Source of the DNA: a virus | Direction: 5' to 3' (one strand) | Virus record (IMG/VR): IMGVR_UViG_3300046318_000491 | Location: 89,712-153,711 of that record | Length of the DNA stretch: 64,000 nt | In this document: in pieces, positions 19,995 through 28,724 of the stretch | Layout of the letters: every line of letters begins with the position of its first letter | How positions within the stretch are numbered: position 1 is the stretch's first letter | The notes under the pieces: generated by a model | Database searches by the model: none | What the model was told of the DNA's origin: nothing | The model's input: only the letters and a program-made list of their open reading frames with translations | Translations under genes and position numbers: made by a program

Positions 19995-22900
19995 TTAGGT
20001 AAGGAGTCGGAGCAATGTAGCCATTTGAGATTGAACCTCGGCCTGGCTATACACGTCTGCTCCAGACATGTAGGACTTAAGCTCTTGCGTAGCAATAGCG
20101 CCATCCTCTTTACCGATCTTTGCTTCGACTCGAGTGATCATGTCTTTCATGAGACTCTTGAGTCCAGCAGGTAGATCGCTAAACTTTAACTTGTCATTTT
20201 CACTACCGAAAGGGAGTGGAAGGTTAGAAATAACCTTTCCCAGCTCCGCTGCTGTAGCTTTGACATTCTCTAAGGACTCGGCATTTAAGGCCTTAGAATC
20301 AATTCTATCAATTAAGCCTAGTAGCTCTGTGCTGGCTTTAGTTGACTCTAGATAGTTCCCAGCGAAGTCCATATCCTCGGCGTGCTGCACCTTCTGTAAT
20401 GCATCCTGAAGACCAGTAGCACCTAGGTTCTGCTTTAGACGAGCAAGCACCTTGCGGTACTTTCCTCGAGCATCGCGAGGCTGAGTTACGGGAGTATACT
20501 TACTACGACCCTCTTCGTCGTAGACTTCCTTAGCGGTAGTCTTGCCAGTGCGGATATCTTCAGCAATCTTTATTTCTTCTTCAGTCTGCTTATCAGCTTC
20601 GGCTTTTACTTCTTTCAGCTTTTCAAGGTCTGACTCAGATATTTCTTTTGGGGTATCAGCGAGCTCCGTAATCGAGGCGATCACTGATCGCATCTTCTCT
20701 ACCGAAGCGGCAGCCTCACGGGTGGAAGCTGACTTCCACTCCTGGGGAATAAGGTTGAACTGCTTTAATGCACGCGCACGCTTAGTGATGTGCTTACGGG
20801 CCGGGGCACATGCTGCGCCCTTAAGTAGGTTGTATGCCTGAAGAGCATTCTTCAAGTCGCCTTCGTTGCGGATCGGCAACATACCATTAGGCATAGCACC
20901 ACCACTAGCAATAAGCGACTCTAGCTCTTCACCAGAAATCTTTGATAGCTCGGCAGCAGCGGCAGCTATAAGCGCTTTGTGGCGCAGCTCGTCTACCTTT
21001 GCAGAAGCCAGCATGCTGCTCTCTTTGTTCCACTCTTCCGGAACTAGGTGACGAGCGTTTAGCTGGCGGGCACGCTTTTTGATGTGCTTCTTTACATCAG
21101 CCTTGTGAGATTCTTTCGCGCGGCCGTATGCCTGAATCCCATTGCGTAAATCTTCTACGTTTTGGATCGGGAATGAGCCGTCAGGAAGCGCCTTGCCTTC
21201 TTCGGCGAGCGCCATACGCTGGTCACGATTTAGGGCAGCAAAGTCAGCCCATACCTTGTGCTTAGCTGCTGCAAGGCGAGAATCAATATCAAGAGCTGCG
21301 GTTGTCATGCTTAGCTCGCTCATGCGATTTGCACGCTCTACGAGAGACATAACTGCGTCACTTTTCATAACAGCCATGTAGTGAGCACCAGCTGCAACTA
21401 ATGCAAATACCTTGCCTGATGCAACAAGTGCACGGGCAATAGGGAACCCTGGAACGTTAACCTGGCAAACAGCGACAAGCTCAAGCTGTCCGTTAATTGG
21501 ACGCCAGTCGCCTGAAGGCGCAGATGCACGTAGGGCACGGATTTGAGCTTCGGTCGCGTCTGGGCGCAGCGAGCCTGAGACCCAGATTCCGTAGTCATCT
21601 TCACCAGCGTGAACATCAGCAATCGCAGATGCAGTGTCATCATAGTGCTTAGCTGCAGCCCGAGCGTCAGCCTGAAGAGACGCATGACCACCAGCAAGAG
21701 TCAGTTGACCTACCGGAACGTCAGCTCCACTAAGGGTGCGTACCACACCAGTGTGGAAGTAAGCGTACTTGCTCTTTGAGCGTGGAGGTCGAGTCGAGCG
21801 AGGCATACCGATGTGGTTCACATGCCAAGCTGCGATGTGTCCGTAAATCTTGCCATCAGGATCGATGGTCATAGGAGTGGCTTTTTTGAAACCAGGATTC
21901 TGGAACCACTCAGTCGGAGGGGTTACCGGGATCTCTGAGTCTAAAAAACCTGAGGCAATTAGAGCTTCCTCTGCAACGAATGTGTCAACAGACTCTTCGT
22001 AGATTCCGTCTTCTGGAACCATCGTTTCCTCCTGGATGCCCGCAGCGTTATCTTCAACAGAAATGGTGCATTCCTGGAAAGCTGGCTTAGCTACAATTGT
22101 AGCAGCCATTACACGTGCGTGATTTATGGTAAGTTTCTGCTTGCCAATGTCCTCTGGACCTTCAGCATTTTCAGTGACCTCTGGCTTGTCTTCTTTAGCC
22201 TCGAACTGGTCGAGGTCTGCAGATACGCCACGGATAAAGCCGTTGCGCACTAGACGCTCTGCTTCGCGACCGTAAGGTCCAGTATCAAACACGCCATAAG
22301 CGTTTCCAATACCATTTTCGATTCTCTCCATATAGTCGATACGGCCGACTACTACCGAACCATTGTGACCTTCGCCAGTCTTGATCTGCCAAAGCAGAGG
22401 AAGGGGGAGCTCGCGAATTTCAATTGCGTTGGCGTCAAACTTACGACCATCGCCAGACTCCATGTTCTCCGGGATAAGAAGTGGGATGATGAACTTAGAT
22501 CCAGCATCTCCAGCAGACGCGACCAGACCGGTAAAACGCTCTCGTACTTCAGCCGCGCGGGCTGCAAGTGCGGACGCCTCGATTATGGCAAGATCAAATG
22601 TTTCGCTACTGTAACTGCTGGCTTCATTACCAGGGTTCATTCGGCTACCTGTGTAAACGCCAGTTGCTTCCTTGTGACGAAGCTGGCAGTAGCCCTTAGC
22701 GCGAACACCCATGTACTTTGAAAGATGGCGAACGCAACGAGTCCAGTCGCCAGGAGTGCCCCAGCGGATCTTGGCAGCGCCCTTACCGGTAGTCCAGTAT
22801 TGGCGAAGCTCTTCTGCATTGCCTCGGTTACGGTCTAGGCCTCCTGCAGCTGCAACTGCACTAGCAGCCTTTACGCAGTTTGGAACATGCTTACCGTTTT

Positions 22901-24863
22901 TATCTTTAAAGCCAATTTGCTTGTAGCCATCCCAGCAAGGGTCTTCTGCTGCATGCTCTGTAGTTGCAGCAAGGCTGGCAACAAGTGAAACTAGGTCCTT
23001 CTGCCATAGAAGCGACATGCGACCGCTGGCAGTTACATTTACGATGCCATCTACTTGCTTAAGCACATTGTTTAGGTCAGCTCCAGCTAATTCTACTACC
23101 GGTGGTGGGGTGGCCGACTTAAGGTCCATAAGGACCTGGTCATTAGAAACCCACTTACCCTCTTCACGCTTGTAAGTAGCTGGCTCAGTGGAGGCCGCGG
23201 TCTTAGGGACAATCGCAACCAAGTCCATAACCGCACTAGGATCTTCCTGAGTGACGATAGCTAGGTATTTAGGGGTGACATCAGAAGTCTCCGGGTCCAG
23301 AGCTTTTTCAACTTCAGGGCCTGCAGCAGTTATAGGGTCAGCCGCGTCATAGCGGTCAGAGATACGCTTCTCGTCTTTAGAGTCGATTGACTTGTAGCTG
23401 CTACGCTGAGAAGAAACATACTTACCCCAGTCATTGAGCAGGGAGCCTAGCATCTCGCGAGTCATCGGTGGAAGTGTTCCAGGTAGGTGAGCTGCTGGCT
23501 GATTAATAGGAGTTCTAGGCTCTCCTAGAATTCCAGAAACATCTAGTGGCTCGCCAAACTTAAAGTCGCGGAATGGGGCAGCAGGCTTAACTCGGCCGCC
23601 TTCCTGAGCGGTCTGTTTGGCATCCACGTCAATAGTATTACCGCTGTCTAGCTTTACCGAAACCTTACCGGTAGCGTTATCTACAGCAGTGATCTCGCCA
23701 GAACCGCGTTCCGCGTCACCGCCTACAACTACTCGATTCCCAGCCTTAGCGAACAGGCCACCCGCATCGCGAACCTGAGAGGAAGCACGAGCTGACCTCT
23801 CGTCAGGAGTATCCACTCCGTCTTGATTGTTGCCGGCTGAAGGCGACTTAGATGCAGCAGCAGTCATTGCGCGATCAACTAGAGTCCAGTCGATTGCTTC
23901 GAGTGCATCAGAGACCATCTGAGCCTCTTCGGGGTCGATAGCCTCTAGCGGTACTGGCGAGCCCGGGGTCTCATTCATAATCGCAGAAAGCACGATAGCT
24001 GAACTTGGGTCAATAACTACGTGAGTCTTCTCGCAATTGTCGTATGCATCGTCGAGAGCCTTGTCATAGGTATAAATATCGCTATCCACGTGGCCTAGGT
24101 TATCCCAGCAGCAGTCGTCCCAGACATGGACGCTACCGTCTAGCTCGACCTTGTAGAGTCGGTCAATGCCTTCTCCGTCATGACGAATACGTGCAATAAA
24201 TTCAGGACCATAGTTTTCATCTAGCTCGTTGATGACCTTAAAATCATTCTTTGGAGTAGAGTAATCTTCAATAGCAGCTTCATAGCCGGGAATTTCGTAG
24301 CCACCAGCAGTAAGAGCTTTTTTGTTTTCACGCTCTACGATTGCAGCAGCCCAACGCTGTCCAGCATCTCCACCCCAGAGCGCCCAAGCGATTCGGCCGT
24401 TAGATGGGAAGTGCTCTTCGCCTGGTGCCCAGCCCTTGCCCTTTTTGTCAACTTCGTGACGAGGGAAGTACTTAGCGATGTGGCGAATCTTCTCGATACC
24501 AATCTGGCCACCCTTTGCAAGAGTGCGTGCAGTGTTCAAGCCGACAGGTGTTCCGCCACGCTTTGCTTCACGACGCCAGTTAAGAGCTTTTTTAGCTTCT
24601 GCCTGAACACCACCAGGAATGGTGTACATACGGGTCGATGAGGCAACAATAGTCTCTACGTTCGATGTAACAATAGCCGCTGAGACAAGGTCATACAGTT
24701 CGTTGGTTAGTGGGCTGTTCCCATCCGCCCATTCGCGTGAAGCCGATAGTTCAGAGACGTCACCGGTTTCAACTACTAGATTTAGGGTAGTGTCAATTAC
24801 TACACCTTTAGAGTCGCCGCCAAATAGTGCTAGCGAACCATTCGAACCGATGAACTGCAACAT
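19995..24863 (-). CDS. Capsid maturation protease fused to multiple accessory domains
   Basis: 1622 aa. Protease-like core ESGDGR..LPLPLLWQ..GH.GSVVVGRID..GVSADLD. Cluster B-like GKIYGHIAAW...SGDWR domain. Duplicated ALPDGSFPI.N..DL.N.IQAY domain. Directly upstream of the major capsid gene. Confidence 0.75.
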   Translation of the reverse strand: MLQFIGSNGSLALFGGDSKGVVIDTTLNLVVETGDVSELSASREWADGNSPLTNELYDLVSAAIVTSNVETIVASSTRMYTIPGGVQAEAKKALNWRREAKRGGTPVGLNTARTLAKGGQIGIEKIRHIAKYFPRHEVDKKGKGWAPGEEHFPSNGRIAWALWGGDAGQRWAAAIVERENKKALTAGGYEIPGYEAAIEDYSTPKNDFKVINELDENYGPEFIARIRHDGEGIDRLYKVELDGSVHVWDDCCWDNLGHVDSDIYTYDKALDDAYDNCEKTHVVIDPSSAIVLSAIMNETPGSPVPLEAIDPEEAQMVSDALEAIDWTLVDRAMTAAASKSPSAGNNQDGVDTPDERSARASSQVRDAGGLFAKAGNRVVVGGDAERGSGEITAVDNATGKVSVKLDSGNTIDVDAKQTAQEGGRVKPAAPFRDFKFGEPLDVSGILGEPRTPINQPAAHLPGTLPPMTREMLGSLLNDWGKYVSSQRSSYKSIDSKDEKRISDRYDAADPITAAGPEVEKALDPETSDVTPKYLAIVTQEDPSAVMDLVAIVPKTAASTEPATYKREEGKWVSNDQVLMDLKSATPPPVVELAGADLNNVLKQVDGIVNVTASGRMSLLWQKDLVSLVASLAATTEHAAEDPCWDGYKQIGFKDKNGKHVPNCVKAASAVAAAGGLDRNRGNAEELRQYWTTGKGAAKIRWGTPGDWTRCVRHLSKYMGVRAKGYCQLRHKEATGVYTGSRMNPGNEASSYSSETFDLAIIEASALAARAAEVRERFTGLVASAGDAGSKFIIPLLIPENMESGDGRKFDANAIEIRELPLPLLWQIKTGEGHNGSVVVGRIDYMERIENGIGNAYGVFDTGPYGREAERLVRNGFIRGVSADLDQFEAKEDKPEVTENAEGPEDIGKQKLTINHARVMAATIVAKPAFQECTISVEDNAAGIQEETMVPEDGIYEESVDTFVAEEALIASGFLDSEIPVTPPTEWFQNPGFKKATPMTIDPDGKIYGHIAAWHVNHIGMPRSTRPPRSKSKYAYFHTGVVRTLSGADVPVGQLTLAGGHASLQADARAAAKHYDDTASAIADVHAGEDDYGIWVSGSLRPDATEAQIRALRASAPSGDWRPINGQLELVAVCQVNVPGFPIARALVASGKVFALVAAGAHYMAVMKSDAVMSLVERANRMSELSMTTAALDIDSRLAAAKHKVWADFAALNRDQRMALAEEGKALPDGSFPIQNVEDLRNGIQAYGRAKESHKADVKKHIKKRARQLNARHLVPEEWNKESSMLASAKVDELRHKALIAAAAAELSKISGEELESLIASGGAMPNGMLPIRNEGDLKNALQAYNLLKGAACAPARKHITKRARALKQFNLIPQEWKSASTREAAASVEKMRSVIASITELADTPKEISESDLEKLKEVKAEADKQTEEEIKIAEDIRTGKTTAKEVYDEEGRSKYTPVTQPRDARGKYRKVLARLKQNLGATGLQDALQKVQHAEDMDFAGNYLESTKASTELLGLIDRIDSKALNAESLENVKATAAELGKVISNLPLPFGSENDKLKFSDLPAGLKSLMKDMITRVEAKIGKEDGAIATQELKSYMSGADVYSQAEVQSQMATLLRLLT

Positions 24864-24866
24864 AGT

Positions 24867-25229
24867 TTAGTTATCCTCTGCTGGAACTTCAGAATTAGAT
24901 CGGAGTAGTTCAGCATTTTCTTTTAGAACGTCTAGGGTTAACTCGCCACTGTCGTAAAGCTTAAGAGCTTTAGGGGTAATAGAGTCGTAGTTATCGAAAT
25001 CAAATTCATCGTTGATAACAATTGACTTGTCTGCTGACCAGTCAAGCTGATACACGTCGTCTCCGGACAACTCGTCAATACGGCTGTCCTCGCGAGTAGT
25101 GGGGGCCCAGTCGGAATCTACACGATCTAGGATGCCCAGCGGGGTAAAGCAGTATGCAGCATCGATTGCCTGAGTTTCTGGGTTTACGTAGAACCACACA
25201 TCGATGACGCTGCTAGTTGGTTGTGCCAT
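24867..25229 (-). CDS. Hypothetical acidic protein
   Basis: ORF track; likely start MAQPTSS at 25229. Confidence 0.6.
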   Translation of the reverse strand: MAQPTSSVIDVWFYVNPETQAIDAAYCFTPLGILDRVDSDWAPTTREDSRIDELSGDDVYQLDWSADKSIVINDEFDFDNYDSITPKALKLYDSGELTLDVLKENAELLRSNSEVPAEDN

Positions 25230-25295
25230 TTTTATTCTTTCTGCGCAGGAAAAGGCGAAGTATTCCATTCACCATGGCTAATCTCTATTTTAGCA

Positions 25296-25511
25296 CTATT
25301 TATCGTTATTGTTATTAGGGTCTAGCGGTAACTTGTTTAGTTCGCGATATACGATCTCTTCGGTGGCTTCAGGGATCTGAAAAATTAGGGCAGAGAGCTC
25401 TTCGTCTGACAGCTTCTCTAGATCAAGGATGCCACCAACTTGACCCTTTTCATCAGAGATATCTAAAGTGTAGGGAAACTTAGTCTTAAATAGGCGCGGT
25501 GGGTTAGACAA
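25296..25511 (-). CDS. Hypothetical protein
   Basis: 71 aa, overlapping the upstream stop. Confidence 0.55.
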   Translation of the reverse strand: MSNPPRLFKTKFPYTLDISDEKGQVGGILDLEKLSDEELSALIFQIPEATEEIVYRELNKLPLDPNNNNDK

Positions 25512-25767
25512 CTTCTTCTCCTCTGGACTCGACGCGGTCTAGGAATGCTAGTACTTCATCTGAAAGGCCATCCAAGGATGTAGAAGCAGGGTCTAGCATA
25601 TTCATCTCTTCAATTATTGACTTTTTAAAGTCATAAGAAGTGTAAAAATAGCCAATGTCATTGGCAGTTTTGTCCCAGGTCTTTCCATTACGGCTATAAA
25701 AGTCCGACTCTTCAGCCATATGAAGAGCTTCACCAAACCTGTGAGATAGAAGTTTATTTTCAGTCAT
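25504..25767 (-). CDS. Hypothetical protein (leaderless)
   Basis: 87 aa; -10 TAGGAT lies 6 nt upstream of the ATG. Confidence 0.6.
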   Translation of the reverse strand: MTENKLLSHRFGEALHMAEESDFYSRNGKTWDKTANDIGYFYTSYDFKKSIIEEMNMLDPASTSLDGLSDEVLAFLDRVESRGEEVV

Positions 25768-25781
25768 ATGCCAATCCTACA

Positions 25782-28718
25782 CTAAAATTTCTCTACTTGA
25801 AGTACGCCTCGGTTAAAGAAAGTAAAGTAGCTCGTGCCGCCACCCATGATAATTTCAATACCGTCAAACCCGAGTAGACCAGCGATATTGCTATAGTTGC
25901 TTCCATTTTGATTAAACGCAGGGAACGATGCTCTGATTTTAGCTACTTCATTGGCAATTTCATCTGAGCCAAGATCCAAGTCTGGGAACATTTCGTTCTG
26001 AACTTTCTCTTGAAGCAACTTAATTAGCGCATTGTCAATCATATTGACATCTATACCACTGGCGTCCGTTGCTGCCTTAGCAGGGTCGACTAACTTACTA
26101 CTAGACGGTGTCGGCCTACCGGACTGGTCCATAACATAGATCTTTGCTTCTGGTTTAATCGCCATGTTAAGAACCCCTCCACCGCTAGAGTACCCACTAG
26201 CAGTTGATCGGTCAGTAGCGGCATACAAACCATCGCCGTACATTTTGGTAGATGAATAGTAAGGAACGTCATCCTCTACAAACTTCATCATCAAGTCTTT
26301 GGCTGAGTCATTCCTGTGAGGAGAGATTCCTCGGAACAGCTTAGGTAGAGCTGGATCTAGCTTGTCCACTAGCTCTGGCTTATTGGTCTGAAAACCTAAC
26401 CAGCGAGCAATCTTGTGACCCTCTTTAGGACCGAAACCAGCGAGGAATCCGTGTGCGCCATCAGCGTCTTCAGGCGAGCCCTTCTGAAGCTCTTCTTCGT
26501 GTAGATCTAGGAAGTCAAGGATCTTCTTAAAGAATCCTGCCTTCCCTTCTCGCCACTTCTTGCTTATCTGACGCTTGGTTAAACCCTTAGACTTTAGAAG
26601 TTCACGGAACCACTCAGGGGCCTCGCCGGTTAGAGCATACTTAGCAAATAGCTCGGCAAAGTCCTCGGTCTCATGATCCGCGCCGCGGCCACTGATTGGA
26701 GCAGTTCTAATGCTCTTCTCTGTTGAGGCGGGGGCTGCGGCTGCTGGCTTAGGAGTTGCAGCAGTGTCTAACCCTAAACGAGTAAGAATATCGTCACGTC
26801 GGTTCTTAAGGGTATTCTGCAACTGAGCCTTGACCACTGGGTCAGAAATTATCTGATCAACCAGGCTATCAATGTCCTGCGGCGTAATCTGCTGAAGAAT
26901 GGCAGCACTGTCTACCTTCTGCTGCTGAGTCATATCGCCAAAGACCTGAGCCACACTGTAGCCCGAATTTTTGTCGACAAATGAGTCTAGCTCTATAACA
27001 GTGTCGCTAAACAAAGTACCCTTAGGAGCACCCTGAGCACGGAAAAGCAAGGAGCCGCCAGGATCTACGCGAACGGGGGTGCCATTAGCATCGGTAAGAA
27101 TATTACCCTGACTTATGCTAGCCCCGATAACGTCCCAGTTGGCTAGCCATGCATCCATAGCGAATCCGCGCTGAACTTCAGCAAGATACTTAGGGTCTTT
27201 TATGCGCGTGGCAAGGTCGTTAGTGCTTCCAGGAAGTATGTGCGAATAAGTAATGTCCGCGCCGTTTTGGTTTCCCGGGAGAATAGACACAGCCCCGATG
27301 CCGGCTAGGTTGTAGAACGCAGCAGCTAAGCGCTCGTTCTCTCCGTGAAGCTGAGATTTAGGGACTTTTAGGTATATAGAGTCACCCGAGACAGGGTCGG
27401 TGTACGTTCCACCAGGATTCGAGCCAGCCTGTGGGCCGGTCTGAGTCCAATTACTTACATCTCGCTTATTAAACTGTTCGCGTAGCACATCGGCAGTAGT
27501 GGTGGAAAGAATAACGTCAGCTGGCCTAGGCGTGGCATCGTCAGGGATTACTTCATAGTCACCGCCACCATACTTCGAGATATCTGCTAGAAGCTCGGAT
27601 TCACCGTTGCTAGTAGGGCCGCCCCAGTAGCGGTGCTGGATCTTGTGACCAGCCTCGTGGGCAATAACATGGCTATAAGCTTCGTCACGTGTAGTGATAT
27701 CAGTAGACCAGTAGGAATCTGGACGACCGATATTGTCAGCTTCTTTATTGAGACGCTGCACGTATAGATTGATGAAGTCAGAGGTTGAATAAGTAAAGCC
27801 AATAGTCTTATCATTCAGCTGAGAGCTAATATCGGCCGGAACCAAGCTCTTCTCCGAAAGAAGGTTAATCTTTACGGCTTCTTTGTAGAGTCCACCCTTT
27901 TGGAGGTTGCGGATACCTAGAAGAGTGGCCTTAACATCTTCAAGACTTGCCTTTGGTACGAGCGAGCCAGCAGGGGCTTCCGTATCCATGTGGATGTGGA
28001 TCTCGTGCTTACTTGATGTATTCACAACTCGAATGAAAGACTTGGCTGCATTAGTGCTACGGTCGTTTAGGTCTTTAGCTGCTTTTACGGCAGCACGGTA
28101 CTTAACTTCAGAATCGCTTAGGTTGTATTTCTTATAAGTGTTTGAGTAAAGCTCCTTTAGGGATTCTCCCTCGAGCTTTGCACCCTGAATTTCCCAGCCT
28201 GGTTCGTTGTTGAAGTAGTCAATTTTTGGCATGTTGGTACGGAAAGCTACCTTAGCCTCTTCAAATGCCTGATCTACAGTTTTAGCTGCAGTACCGCTGC
28301 GAGTAAGCCCTAGAAACTTAGCATTAACGCGAGCAGTACCTCGGGCAGATAGGAAGTCATCACCTTTATATGGGATAGGGGTGAAGGCTTCACTCGGGTC
28401 GAAGCTGTCGTAGTGGAACTGGAACAACGCAGTCAACGCATCGACATACTGGTCTTCATCGCCAGCATTTCTAGCAATTCGGACATCGCTTAATAGATCA
28501 GTAAATGTCTCATGGTTATGACGAGCAGGGATGGTTTCAAACATCTTCTGCTCTACAGCATTGAGAATTTTCCAGTCTGGATTAGACGGAACATTTCTTG
28601 GACGACCGACTCCACGCTTTTTAGGGGTACGAAGCTTTGACAAGTCAAAGTTTCTAGTAGAAGGAGTCTTTACCGGGGCTGAGCCTGCTCCATCGGAGCT
28701 CGAGTCAGCCCGATTTAT
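25782..28718 (-). CDS. Frameshift-accessed C-terminal extension: zinc metallopeptidase-like + kinase-like + ADP-ribosyltransferase-like domains
   Basis: The frame stays open up to the slippery site. HEAGH and EDFAELF (zincin-like); GSNPGG..YLK..NE, DAWLANWD and RVDPGGSL (PI3/4-kinase/HipA-like); LFRG..YGDGLYAAT..GFDGI (ART-like). Confidence 0.7.
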   Translation of the reverse strand: MNRADSSSDGAGSAPVKTPSTRNFDLSKLRTPKKRGVGRPRNVPSNPDWKILNAVEQKMFETIPARHNHETFTDLLSDVRIARNAGDEDQYVDALTALFQFHYDSFDPSEAFTPIPYKGDDFLSARGTARVNAKFLGLTRSGTAAKTVDQAFEEAKVAFRTNMPKIDYFNNEPGWEIQGAKLEGESLKELYSNTYKKYNLSDSEVKYRAAVKAAKDLNDRSTNAAKSFIRVVNTSSKHEIHIHMDTEAPAGSLVPKASLEDVKATLLGIRNLQKGGLYKEAVKINLLSEKSLVPADISSQLNDKTIGFTYSTSDFINLYVQRLNKEADNIGRPDSYWSTDITTRDEAYSHVIAHEAGHKIQHRYWGGPTSNGESELLADISKYGGGDYEVIPDDATPRPADVILSTTTADVLREQFNKRDVSNWTQTGPQAGSNPGGTYTDPVSGDSIYLKVPKSQLHGENERLAAAFYNLAGIGAVSILPGNQNGADITYSHILPGSTNDLATRIKDPKYLAEVQRGFAMDAWLANWDVIGASISQGNILTDANGTPVRVDPGGSLLFRAQGAPKGTLFSDTVIELDSFVDKNSGYSVAQVFGDMTQQQKVDSAAILQQITPQDIDSLVDQIISDPVVKAQLQNTLKNRRDDILTRLGLDTAATPKPAAAAPASTEKSIRTAPISGRGADHETEDFAELFAKYALTGEAPEWFRELLKSKGLTKRQISKKWREGKAGFFKKILDFLDLHEEELQKGSPEDADGAHGFLAGFGPKEGHKIARWLGFQTNKPELVDKLDPALPKLFRGISPHRNDSAKDLMMKFVEDDVPYYSSTKMYGDGLYAATDRSTASGYSSGGGVLNMAIKPEAKIYVMDQSGRPTPSSSKLVDPAKAATDASGIDVNMIDNALIKLLQEKVQNEMFPDLDLGSDEIANEVAKIRASFPAFNQNGSNYSNIAGLLGFDGIEIIMGGGTSYFTFFNRGVLQVEKF

Positions 28719-28724
28719 TTTGGG
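28676..28724 (-). promoter_or_regulatory. Programmed -1 frameshift signal (C CCA AAA plus downstream hairpin)
   Basis: Heptamer at 28724-28718 just before the TAA. 6-nt spacer, then stem GGGCTGA/TCAGCCC with inner GCTCC/GGAGC. Confidence 0.8.
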
